From IMG/VR virus record IMGVR_UViG_3300036773_000144, positions 1-30,484 of that record: a stretch of 30,484 nucleotides of DNA; one strand, 5' to 3'. The notes below the pieces were generated by a model, which made no database searches, was not told where the DNA came from, and saw only the letters and a program-made list of their open reading frames with translations. Numbering within the stretch: the stretch's first letter is position 1; each line of letters starts with the position of its first letter. Source of the DNA: a virus (taxonomy: Duplodnaviria; Caudoviricetes). Of this stretch, positions 16,023 to 23,465 are shown piece after piece. The position numbers and the translations under genes are program-made.

Positions 16023-17096
16023 TCAGGCTGCAGCCTGCTCCACTTCATGCATCACCAGCCGCAGCGTCTGCGACCGGCGCTCGGCGGGCAGCGCGCTCAT
16101 GGCCGCTTGCGCGTACGCCAGGCCGCCCTCGTGATCGCCGGCATGCGCCATCATCAGGCCGCGGTGCAGCTCGATGTGCGTCGCGAAGCGGGTCAGCTCG
16201 GCGGGCCGGCCGTCGTCGGCGTCGCCCTGGGCTTCTTCGGCGCGGTGCACGTCGCCGAGGCGGGCCCACAGCATCGACCGGAAGGTGGCCATCCGCCATG
16301 GCGGCACGGCGAAGTCGGAGATCTCACCGGCTGGCGACGCCACCTGATCGAACACCCGCCGGGCCGCTTCGTCGGCCTCCAGCGCAGCCCTGGCGTCACC
16401 GCGTCCGGCGGCGACGTGCGCCCGTGCCATGAGCGCGTTCAGGCGGCCGATGGAGGGCTTGTCGGACATCTGGTCGGCCTGGTCGGCGAACTCTTCGGCG
16501 ACACCGAGGGCGGCACCCTCGTAGGCCAGCGCGATCGCGGCACGGCCGCGGACCCACACCCTGACGGGTAGATCTTCGGACCGGTCGGCGGCTTCGATGG
16601 CGATCCGATACCAGCGGACCGCCTCCCGCGGGTTCCCGGTTGTCTTGCCGTACACGGCGAGCAGCCGCGACGCGGACGCCCACATGCCCGGCGAGTCGAG
16701 TTGCTGCTGCATGATCACCAGGTCGGAGGCGAGCCGGGTCTGCAGCTGGTTCGCGCCGACGTCCATGTAGTCGCGGCCGTACCCGATGACCTGCGCGCGC
16801 CATTTCTCCTCGGCGCCGCGCCGCTTCAGCGCGGCCGAGAAGCCGGCGTGGATGAGTTCCCCGGCCGCGGCCGGCGCAACGATGCTGGCCGCTACCGTCG
16901 CGAGTAACCCTCGTCGTCGCATGCAGTCCTCCCCGAGCACTCTGGCGTACGCGAGCAGCACGTCGGGTGTAGCCGTGCGTCGGCCAGCTTCGACGTTGCT
17001 CAGGTGCGCCAGGCTGTATCCCCGCGCAGCTACCGCGGAGAGCTTGACTCCCTCAGCTTCCCTCGCGGATCGAAGCTGAGCCCCCAGGTTGTCCAT
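16023..17096 (-). CDS. XRE-family HTH regulator with C-terminal TPR-like helical domain (357 aa)
   Basis: LGAQLRSAREAEGVKL...YSLAHLSNVEAGRR HTH, MRRRGLL linker, then Ala-rich helical repeats. Start re-called to ATG 17096 (ORF track gives 17150). Confidence 0.85.
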   Translation of the reverse strand: MDNLGAQLRSAREAEGVKLSAVAARGYSLAHLSNVEAGRRTATPDVLLAYARVLGEDCMRRRGLLATVAASIVAPAAAGELIHAGFSAALKRRGAEEKWRAQVIGYGRDYMDVGANQLQTRLASDLVIMQQQLDSPGMWASASRLLAVYGKTTGNPREAVRWYRIAIEAADRSEDLPVRVWVRGRAAIALAYEGAALGVAEEFADQADQMSDKPSIGRLNALMARAHVAAGRGDARAALEADEAARRVFDQVASPAGEISDFAVPPWRMATFRSMLWARLGDVHRAEEAQGDADDGRPAELTRFATHIELHRGLMMAHAGDHEGGLAYAQAAMSALPAERRSQTLRLVMHEVEQAAA

Positions 17097-17107
17097 CCTG
17101 GCCACCT

Positions 17108-17126
17108 TTGAAAACCATTGAAAACC
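17108..17126. promoter_or_regulatory. Tandem direct repeat TTGAAAACC-A-TTGAAAACC, candidate operator
   Basis: Exact 9-bp repeat with 10-bp period, AT-rich, 11 bp upstream of the XRE start. Confidence 0.6.
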
Positions 17127-17257
17127 CTGACTGTCTATCCCGTCACGCACCGTCCACGCGACGCTACACGTGGAATGTGACGGCGGGTGGCTGCCCGCCG
17201 AGAGAGAAAATCCGCCCGTCGCATCCAGCCCACATCCCGATCCAAAGGGAGCGCGCG

Positions 17258-17464
17258 ATGTTCTGGACTGAGCGGCGACGGCGCAGGATCCTCGACCGTG
17301 CGGCGGCCGCGGACGCGGCCGAACACCTCGCCGCGATCGCGCGGCTGCGGCAGGTCGCGAATGGCCACCCGACGGTGGTGCTTCCGCGGATTGAGCCGGC
17401 TCAGCCGCAGCGGGCGCCGCTACTCACCCGCGGCCAGGCCTTCCGGTCGCGGCGCACCCAGTGA
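17258..17464 (+). CDS. Small basic hypothetical protein (68 aa)
   Basis: RBS AAAGGGAG and ATG at 17258. Divergent from the XRE gene. Confidence 0.7.
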   Translation: MFWTERRRRRILDRAAAADAAEHLAAIARLRQVANGHPTVVLPRIEPAQPQRAPLLTRGQAFRSRRTQ

Positions 17465-17465
17465 G

Positions 17466-17888
17466 CTACATGTGCTCGTTGCACCATTTCGCGATTGCGG
17501 CTGCCTGCACGTCGCCCGGGTTCTGGTAGAGCGGGCTGTCGGTCGGGAAGTCGCTGGCTTCCGTCTTCTTCGTGGCCGCGGCGCGCAGCTCGGCGTTGCT
17601 TGACTTCGAAGCTTCGTCGATCGCCTTGATCTCCGACATGGCGCCGTCGAAGAGCCCCTCCGTCTCCGCGTCCTTGAGGTGGGCGCACGCCGCCTTGGCG
17701 TAAGCGTCCGGTCCGGTCTTCTCGCCGATGAGGACTGCGCCGCCGATGAGGATGCCGGCAAGCGCGACCCCATTGATGATCCATAGCGCGGTGCGCGGGC
17801 GACGGGGAGTAGTGGGTTGTTCGGTAGGGGCCGGGGCCCACTGCGGCGTGGGTTCGTCGGTCGGGACGGTCATGGCCTGGTCCTTCAT
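17466..17888 (-). CDS. Single-pass membrane protein (140 aa; alternative start 17873)
   Basis: TM segment ALWIINGVALAGILIGGAVLI and an extracytoplasmic domain with two Cys. AAGGA RBS. Confidence 0.75.
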   Translation of the reverse strand: MKDQAMTVPTDEPTPQWAPAPTEQPTTPRRPRTALWIINGVALAGILIGGAVLIGEKTGPDAYAKAACAHLKDAETEGLFDGAMSEIKAIDEASKSSNAELRAAATKKTEASDFPTDSPLYQNPGDVQAAAIAKWCNEHM

Positions 17889-17996
17889 GGGGATCTGTCC
17901 TTGGGTTTGTCAAGCGCGAGTGTGAGCGCCGGGTTGTGATCTAGCAACGATCTGTAAGTTTTCTGGCCGAAAAGTCATCGCGAAGGAGAGCCGTCC

Positions 17997-18275
17997 GTGA
18001 TCAACGCCGTCGTCTTCATCCCCGCCGAGCACCTCGCCCAGCACCTGGGCCAGTGCCTCACGTACTGCGAGGCGAAGGGCTACAAGCTGGCCGGCGTCGT
18101 CCGGGACGACTGGTGCGCCGTCGCACGGATGGTGGCCGGCGGCATCGTCGGCGTCGTCGTCGTCGCCCGCGCCGACCACCTCGACCCCGGGCGGGAGCCC
18201 CGCCTCGAGGTGGTGGCCGAGCTGGAGCCCGGCCACCGTCGCACCCGGATCATTCGGCGAGGCGCGGCAGCATAG
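17997..18275 (+). CDS. Small protein resembling a degenerate serine-resolvase catalytic domain (92 aa)
   Basis: RBS AAGGAG. QCLTYCEAKGYKL...D...GIVGVVVVARADHL resembles the resolvase N-terminal fold, but the YxRxS motif is absent. Confidence 0.6.
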   Translation: MINAVVFIPAEHLAQHLGQCLTYCEAKGYKLAGVVRDDWCAVARMVAGGIVGVVVVARADHLDPGREPRLEVVAELEPGHRRTRIIRRGAAA

Positions 18276-19098
18276 ACCGCGCCGCACGCTGCTGCTCGGG
18301 CGTCGCGTCGGTGTAAATCTGCGTCGACTGCAGCGACCGATGCCCGAGCGACTGCTGGGTCACCCGGATGTCCTTGTACTCGCGTTGCATCGTCACGCCG
18401 AGCCAATGCCTGAGCCGGTGCAAGCTCACCCCCGGCATGTTCAGCTTCCGCCTGAAGTAGGTGGCGGCGACCGACGACACGTAGAAGGCGTCGGCCCGCT
18501 CCCCGTTCGGCTTCACCGCGACCGGCCCGCGAGGTAGCGGCTCGATCGCAGCCCAGACGTCCGGGTGGGTGTCGTGAACCCGCGGGTAGCCCCCTTTGCC
18601 CTTGGCGATGATCAGCGTCTCCGCCGTCACGTACTCCCGGTCGAGCCGGCTGATCTCGATACAGCGCAGCCCCTGGTAGGCGGCGAGTAGGGCCCAGGTC
18701 CGGTACGGCTCGGCCGACCGGGTGAGGACCCTCCGCAACTCCTCATCGGTGACGGCCCGGGCCCGGCCCTTCGGGTGCTCGACGGGCTCCAGCTCCTCGA
18801 TCGGGTTGTAGCTGAGCCACGGCTCCTTCGAGCCGGTCGCCCACCCGTAGAAGCTCTTCAGGCACTGGTAGTAGGTCGCCCTCGTGTTCTGCGACCACTC
18901 GTCGCGGTAGAGCCAGTGCGCGATCTCCTCCGGCTCGGTCTGCCCGATGCCGAACGGCAGGCCCCGATTGAGTCGGCCGAGGATCTCCCGCCGGCCGTCG
19001 ATGGTGGCCTCGGAGCGCCCGCGCCGGCGCAGGTGCTCGAGGTAGGCATCGATGATCTGCATGTCCCGAGGGTCACTCTCGGGCGGGTTCACCGTCAT
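18250..19098 (-). CDS. int: Tyrosine integrase/recombinase, short XerC-like form (282 aa)
   Basis: Catalytic set GLRCIEI (R), KGKGG (K), HRLRH, LGH and TQIY. SAM-like core-binding N-terminus. No arm-binding domain. Confidence 0.93.
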   Translation of the reverse strand: MTVNPPESDPRDMQIIDAYLEHLRRRGRSEATIDGRREILGRLNRGLPFGIGQTEPEEIAHWLYRDEWSQNTRATYYQCLKSFYGWATGSKEPWLSYNPIEELEPVEHPKGRARAVTDEELRRVLTRSAEPYRTWALLAAYQGLRCIEISRLDREYVTAETLIIAKGKGGYPRVHDTHPDVWAAIEPLPRGPVAVKPNGERADAFYVSSVAATYFRRKLNMPGVSLHRLRHWLGVTMQREYKDIRVTQQSLGHRSLQSTQIYTDATPEQQRAARSMLPRLAE

Positions 19099-19105
19099 TG
19101 CTCAA

Positions 19106-19522
19106 TCAGCCCGTCGAGTACTTGCGTGTGCGGCTGAGGTAGCTCGTTCGACCGACCTTCGGCGGGCGCTTGTCGACGGGGTGTCCGGATGGGCGATTGT
19201 CCGGTGGGCGCGGTGGTCGATTGGTAGTCGGTACGGCCAGCGTCAGATACCGTGCCATAGCCCGCGGATCAGCCGCCCTGGCAGCAATTTCTGGGCTAGG
19301 CAGCAGCTCGTGCACGCCAAGGCCGAGGCCTTTGGCGATCCGCTGCAGGTCGTTGATGTCGATGGGCGTCCGGCCCTTGAGCCGCGTGGACAGCCATTGG
19401 TCGTTCTCCCCCATGCGTCGGGCGAGTTCGGATTGCCGCACGTCGAGGCGCCCCATCCAGGCTCGGATCTCGGCGGCGACGAGGGCGGTGAGCGTCGCGG
19501 TGCGCTCGGATGTCGTCGTCAT
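19106..19522 (-). CDS. Immunity repressor (XRE HTH) with long Pro/Arg-rich C-terminal tail (138 aa)
   Basis: VAAEIRAWMGR..VRQSELARRMG..WLSTRLKG HTH. 7 bp upstream of int, divergent from the Cro-like gene. Confidence 0.85.
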   Translation of the reverse strand: MTTTSERTATLTALVAAEIRAWMGRLDVRQSELARRMGENDQWLSTRLKGRTPIDINDLQRIAKGLGLGVHELLPSPEIAARAADPRAMARYLTLAVPTTNRPPRPPDNRPSGHPVDKRPPKVGRTSYLSRTRKYSTG

Positions 19523-19528
19523 GCGCTT

Positions 19529-19557
19529 AGTTTGTTAGCTGTGGCGTGACGCGTCAA
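19529..19557 (-). promoter_or_regulatory. Leftward promoter for repressor-int (leaderless)
   Basis: Minus strand reads TTGACG-17 bp-CAAACT-6 bp-ATG. No RBS. Confidence 0.65.
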
Positions 19558-19586
19558 TACCTACGGACAGATTTTACCCGACTCTA

Positions 19587-19616
19587 TTGACACTCTCAGG
19601 CTCAGGCTGAAACAGT
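19587..19616 (+). promoter_or_regulatory. Rightward early lytic promoter (leaderless)
   Basis: TTGACA-18 bp-AACAGT-6 bp-ATG(19623). No RBS. Confidence 0.65.
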
Positions 19617-19622
19617 CAGGGC

Positions 19623-19892
19623 ATGACACAAGCACCCAGCCGAGGCCTGGAAGGCTCACTCAGCTACAAAGTAGCCGAAGAGCTCCGGGCCGTGCTCGCC
19701 CGGCAGCGAAAGACGCAGCGGGCGCTGGCAGACGAGCTCGGCGTGTCCGCGCCGTGGGTCAACTACCGGCTGACCGGCGTGCAGGAGATAGGCCTCAACG
19801 ACCTTGAGCGGATGGCGCAGGCACTCGGCGTCTCGCTCGCGGAGTTGATCCCGGCCGCCGTTCTCGCGGAGTGCCCGGCTGGTACGGCATGA
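19623..19892 (+). CDS. Cro-like XRE HTH protein (89 aa)
   Basis: VAEELRAVLARQRKTQRALADELGVS..WVNYRLTG HTH. First gene of the early operon. Confidence 0.85.
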   Translation: MTQAPSRGLEGSLSYKVAEELRAVLARQRKTQRALADELGVSAPWVNYRLTGVQEIGLNDLERMAQALGVSLAELIPAAVLAECPAGTA

Positions 19893-20596
19893 CTGCCCTC
19901 GCCGTCCTCAACCCGGCCGCCCAGGTCGCACTCGCCGACTGCGAGCTGCGCATCGAGCGCGGACTGAAGACGTTCATCGACGTCGGCCAGGCCCTCGCCG
20001 ACATCCGCGACAACCGCCTCTACAAGGGCACGCACGGCACGTTCGAGGATTACTGCCGCGATCGCTGGAAGATGAGCGACGGGCGCGCTCGCCAGTTCAT
20101 GATCGCGGCCGAGACCGCTACAAATGTAGCGGTCGCAGGGCTTCCGGCCCCGACGAACGAGGGTCAGGCCCGAGCTCTCGCTGCCGTCCCCGAGCCGGAG
20201 CGCGCCGAGGTGTGGCGCGAGACGGTCACCCGGACCAACGGCAAGCCGACCGCGGCCGCTGTCCGCGCCGTGCAGAACGAGCGCACCCAGGCTCCCGGGC
20301 CGGACGGTGCTGTGACTGCTCCGCCGGCCGGTCCGGGCATCGAACCCGAGCGCCGACAGGGCGTCATGCCCGACCCGCAACAGGTCGAGGCGGAACGCAT
20401 GGAGACGCAGCGCGTCCAGATTCTCGACCGTGCCCGGCGCCGCGCACCCCGCCTCGTGCCGGAGATTCGCGACCTCATCAACGAGGTGGTCGCGGGCATC
20501 AACCTCGGCGAGGCCGGGCTGGTCACCCCCAGGACGGTCGCGGAGATCCGCGCCCTCGTCGACATCCTCGAAGCCCGCATGGAGGCGCAGCAGTGA
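19889..20596 (+). CDS. Phage protein with DUF3102-like N-terminal domain (235 aa)
   Basis: ATGA overlap. FIDVGQALADIRDNRLY...TFEDYCRDRW...PTNEGQARAL motif. Confidence 0.7.
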   Translation: MTALAVLNPAAQVALADCELRIERGLKTFIDVGQALADIRDNRLYKGTHGTFEDYCRDRWKMSDGRARQFMIAAETATNVAVAGLPAPTNEGQARALAAVPEPERAEVWRETVTRTNGKPTAAAVRAVQNERTQAPGPDGAVTAPPAGPGIEPERRQGVMPDPQQVEAERMETQRVQILDRARRRAPRLVPEIRDLINEVVAGINLGEAGLVTPRTVAEIRALVDILEARMEAQQ

Positions 20597-21084
20597 ACGG
20601 CGAGCAGGCATATCGGTTTGCGATGGCGAACGCGCCGCGCAACGCCGACGGGAGCGTTGTTGAGGAGTCCTTGGTCGAGATGGTGGCGCGAGCCATCGAC
20701 TTCGATCCGGACAAGGAGCGCCTCGGCCTGGCGCAGCGGGTCGTCTCCCGGCGGAAGCGGCCGGGTCAGACGGAGCCGGCCGGGAAGGTCTGCATCCCGG
20801 GGCTGGAGGCATACGAGTTCGAGCCAGACCGACTCGTGGCGGACGAGGACGGCAACGTCGTCGAGAACGCTCGCGCGCTGATTGCGCACAAGCGGGCCGA
20901 GGCACGCCGCGCCGAGCTGGCTGCCGAGCGGGCGACCGACCGGCTGTGTCGTGAGCTCGGCGAGGCGGACGCGTTCAGCGAGTGGACGAAGGCCGAGTCG
21001 GCAACTGGCCGGGACCCGCGGGTTCTGACGTTCGAGACCTTCCTGCGCGAGCAGGGATATCTCGAGGACGGCGGCGCGGCATGA
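20593..21084 (+). CDS. Hypothetical protein (163 aa)
   Basis: GTGA overlap upstream and ATGA overlap downstream. RBS GGAGG. Confidence 0.75.
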   Translation: MNGEQAYRFAMANAPRNADGSVVEESLVEMVARAIDFDPDKERLGLAQRVVSRRKRPGQTEPAGKVCIPGLEAYEFEPDRLVADEDGNVVENARALIAHKRAEARRAELAAERATDRLCRELGEADAFSEWTKAESATGRDPRVLTFETFLREQGYLEDGGAA

Positions 21085-21482
21085 CCGACATCGACGCCTC
21101 CCGCCCCAAGCCGACGCCGCGTCCGGCGCCCGGCCCGAGGCCCACCGCCCCGCGTCCGGTCGGCCCGCGACCGCCTTCTCCCACTCCGATGGGTGGACAC
21201 CTCCCGATCGGCGCCGGCTATCCGCTGCCCCGCCTCGGTGAGGTTGTCCGGGACGTCGAGCGTCTCCTGGCGCAGGCGTTGCAGATCTTGGAGCGCCAGT
21301 GGGATCCGACGTCGGGTCCGCAGCAGCAGGACGTGTGGGATCCGTCAACGGTGGACGAGTCGCTCGGCGCGGCCCGTACGGAGGTTCGGGTGGCGTTGCT
21401 GCATGTCGGTGATGTCGGCGATCTGGTGCTCCCGCCGGTGGGTTCCGCGGTCGCCGTCCGTTTCCCGACCAGGTCCGAGTAG
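21081..21482 (+). CDS. Hypothetical protein with Pro-rich N-terminus (133 aa)
   Basis: ATGA overlap start at 21081. Confidence 0.65.
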   Translation: MTDIDASRPKPTPRPAPGPRPTAPRPVGPRPPSPTPMGGHLPIGAGYPLPRLGEVVRDVERLLAQALQILERQWDPTSGPQQQDVWDPSTVDESLGAARTEVRVALLHVGDVGDLVLPPVGSAVAVRFPTRSE

Positions 21483-21484
21483 TT

Positions 21485-21516
21485 GCGGGCCGCCCGCTCG
21501 CGACGGGCGGGCCCGC
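21485..21516 (+). terminator. GC-rich stem-loop
   Basis: GCGGGCC-GCCCG...CGGGC-G-GGCCCGC right after a stop codon. No U-tract. Confidence 0.5.
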
Positions 21517-21555
21517 GTCCCCGATCCAACCCCACTCACGAAAGGCCAGATCGAG

Positions 21556-22203
21556 ATGACCAACGTAACCCACGAGACGAAGCGCGCCGACCAGCTGAAG
21601 GTGGGCGACTGGGTCGACGCGGACGCGTTCAGCGGCGACGACGCCGGTGCCATCGCCGAGATCCTGCACCTCCAACCGTTCCTGCAGTACGGCGGCGAGA
21701 GCCGGGTGCTGGTGATCTACCGGGTGGCGGGTGATGACCCGTACACCAAGTACGTCGACTCCGACGACCCGTTCCGGCCCGCTACCGCCGTGCAGATTGC
21801 CGCGGTGAAGGAAGAGGGCCGCCGCTGGGAGGTCGCCAACGCGCTGCAGCGGCTGGCCTCGCTGATCCTCGACAAGAAGCTGCCGCTCCCGGACCGGACT
21901 GTCGACGTCAGCTTCCATTGCGCTGACACTGCGGTGGTCGCGAAGGTGGCTGAGCTGATCGGCGGCAAGGTCGAGACCGCGCACCGGCGTCATGTGGTGA
22001 ACTTTCCGGCGCTCGGCGAGTACGGGATCGCGCCGGGCCCGGTCGACGCCGAGTGGTACTGCTACGGCCCGCCGGAGCCCAAGCCCGAACCTGTGCCGGA
22101 GAAGGCGGACCTGAACTTCGGCCGGACCACGGCGGTGGCCGAGGCGAAGCCGGACACCTACGGCGAGCCGGTCGGCAAGGCCGCGAAGGCGGCGAAGGCA
22201 TGA
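21556..22203 (+). CDS. Hypothetical protein (215 aa; SH3-like ADQLKVGD N-terminus)
   Basis: RBS GAAAGG, ATG at 21556, GC3-rich codons. Confidence 0.75.
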   Translation: MTNVTHETKRADQLKVGDWVDADAFSGDDAGAIAEILHLQPFLQYGGESRVLVIYRVAGDDPYTKYVDSDDPFRPATAVQIAAVKEEGRRWEVANALQRLASLILDKKLPLPDRTVDVSFHCADTAVVAKVAELIGGKVETAHRRHVVNFPALGEYGIAPGPVDAEWYCYGPPEPKPEPVPEKADLNFGRTTAVAEAKPDTYGEPVGKAAKAAKA

Positions 22204-22436
22204 CCCAGCTCTGCCGGTACGGCGCTCTCATGTCCGCCGCCTCGCTGCTCTCCGAGGTGATGGTCGACGAGGTCCGATGCGACGAACCCGCGCAGTACAA
22301 GGCGATCGTCGGCACCGACACGGACGGCTTCGTCGTCGAGATCACCACGCCGGTCTGTCCCGTACACGAGGCGCACGTCTCGCAGAACGTGGGCTACCGG
22401 CGCTCGATCAAGCTCCGCGAACGCTCCAGCACCTAG
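22200..22436 (+). CDS. Hypothetical protein (78 aa, C...C...CxxH)
   Basis: ATGA overlap start at 22200. Confidence 0.7.
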   Translation: MTQLCRYGALMSAASLLSEVMVDEVRCDEPAQYKAIVGTDTDGFVVEITTPVCPVHEAHVSQNVGYRRSIKLRERSST

Positions 22437-22438
22437 AC

Positions 22439-22515
22439 GCCGGGCGATCCAGGGGAAGGCCCGCCCGGCATGGCCCGGGCCCGTCGGAGGAGCGCCGAGA
22501 CAACGGCCCGGGCCA
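22439..22515. repeat. Two adjacent inverted repeats in an intergenic region
   Basis: GCCGGGCG / CGCCCGGC (22439-22469) and TGGCCCGGGCC / GGCCCGGGCCA (22471-22515). Confidence 0.65.
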
Positions 22516-22557
22516 CCCCACCACCAGTACGAGATCACTCACGAAGGACATAGAGAG

Positions 22558-23097
22558 ATGACCATCACCGCGCCGGCTACCCGGCTCGAGGACAAGACCA
22601 CCGCCCGGATCTTCTGGGCCGGTGCCGAGAAAGAGACCGTCCGTATCGAACGGCCCCGCCCGGAGAAGTACCGCGGCCGTCACCGCCTGACCTGGCGCAA
22701 CCTGTCCCGCCGCCGGTCCGGCTACCTGGTCAGCCTGGTGTCGCTGCTCAGCGTCGGCGCCCTCGGCTGCGCGGGCACCACCACCCCGGACAGTGCCCCG
22801 CCCGACGCCCCGTCGTACACCACGGTCACCAAGCAGCCGCTCGGCCCGGGCCAGATCTCCGACGGGCAGCTGGAGGTCGGCGCCGACATCAAGGCGGGCA
22901 CGTACACGACGACCGTCCCGGCCGACGTGCTGAACTGCTACTGGGCTCGGCTGAGGAACTTCGACGGCGAGCTGGGCTCGATCGTGGCGAACGGGAATCT
23001 GAAGCCGGGTGCGAAGGGCCGCCTGGTCGTGAAGGCCACCGACGCGGGTGTGGAGCTGTCCGGCGGCTGCATCTGGTCGAAGGCGGCGGCGAAGTGA
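22558..23097 (+). CDS. Membrane-anchored or lipoprotein-like protein (179 aa)
   Basis: Hydrophobic stretch ending ALGC. C-terminal GTY...CYWARL...IVANG...SGGCIW domain common in actinobacterial surface proteins. Confidence 0.75.
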   Translation: MTITAPATRLEDKTTARIFWAGAEKETVRIERPRPEKYRGRHRLTWRNLSRRRSGYLVSLVSLLSVGALGCAGTTTPDSAPPDAPSYTTVTKQPLGPGQISDGQLEVGADIKAGTYTTTVPADVLNCYWARLRNFDGELGSIVANGNLKPGAKGRLVVKATDAGVELSGGCIWSKAAAK

Positions 23098-23465
23098 CCA
23101 CCGCCGACGAGCGCCAGGTCCTCGCCGACCCCACCGACGCCTGCGACGGCGTCGACTTCAAGCCGGTGCCGGGCTGGCCGGGTGCGGTCGCGATCAACCC
23201 CGACATCGCGCTGGAGCGGCTGAAGAACGGCCGCCGGGACGCGGTCACCGACTCCGGTCGGATCATCCTCACGCCGAGCCTGTGGCCCACCCGGCATCGG
23301 CCGCGCAAGGTCGGCTGGCTGCGCTGGGAGTGGAAGGTCACCGACGCCGAGACCGGCGACGTGCTGACGTCCGGTCGGGCGGTCAGCGAACGGTGGGCGT
23401 GGCACAAGTCCGACCGGGCCGCTAGTCAGATCTACGCGCAGCGGCTGGCGGTGACGGTCCGGTGA
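23094..23465 (+). CDS. Hypothetical protein (123 aa)
   Basis: GTGA overlaps on both sides. Confidence 0.7.
   Translation: MTTADERQVLADPTDACDGVDFKPVPGWPGAVAINPDIALERLKNGRRDAVTDSGRIILTPSLWPTRHRPRKVGWLRWEWKVTDAETGDVLTSGRAVSERWAWHKSDRAASQIYAQRLAVTVR

Noticed and set aside
17258-17464. 68-aa ORF as an arbitrium-type propeptide
   Set aside because: No hydrophobic signal-peptide core, and it is divergent from, not downstream of, the TPR-like regulator.
17889-19300. tRNA-derived attP core near int
   Set aside because: No T-arm/acceptor-like sequence was found by eye on either strand. The short palindromes at about 17933-17974 are too weak to call.
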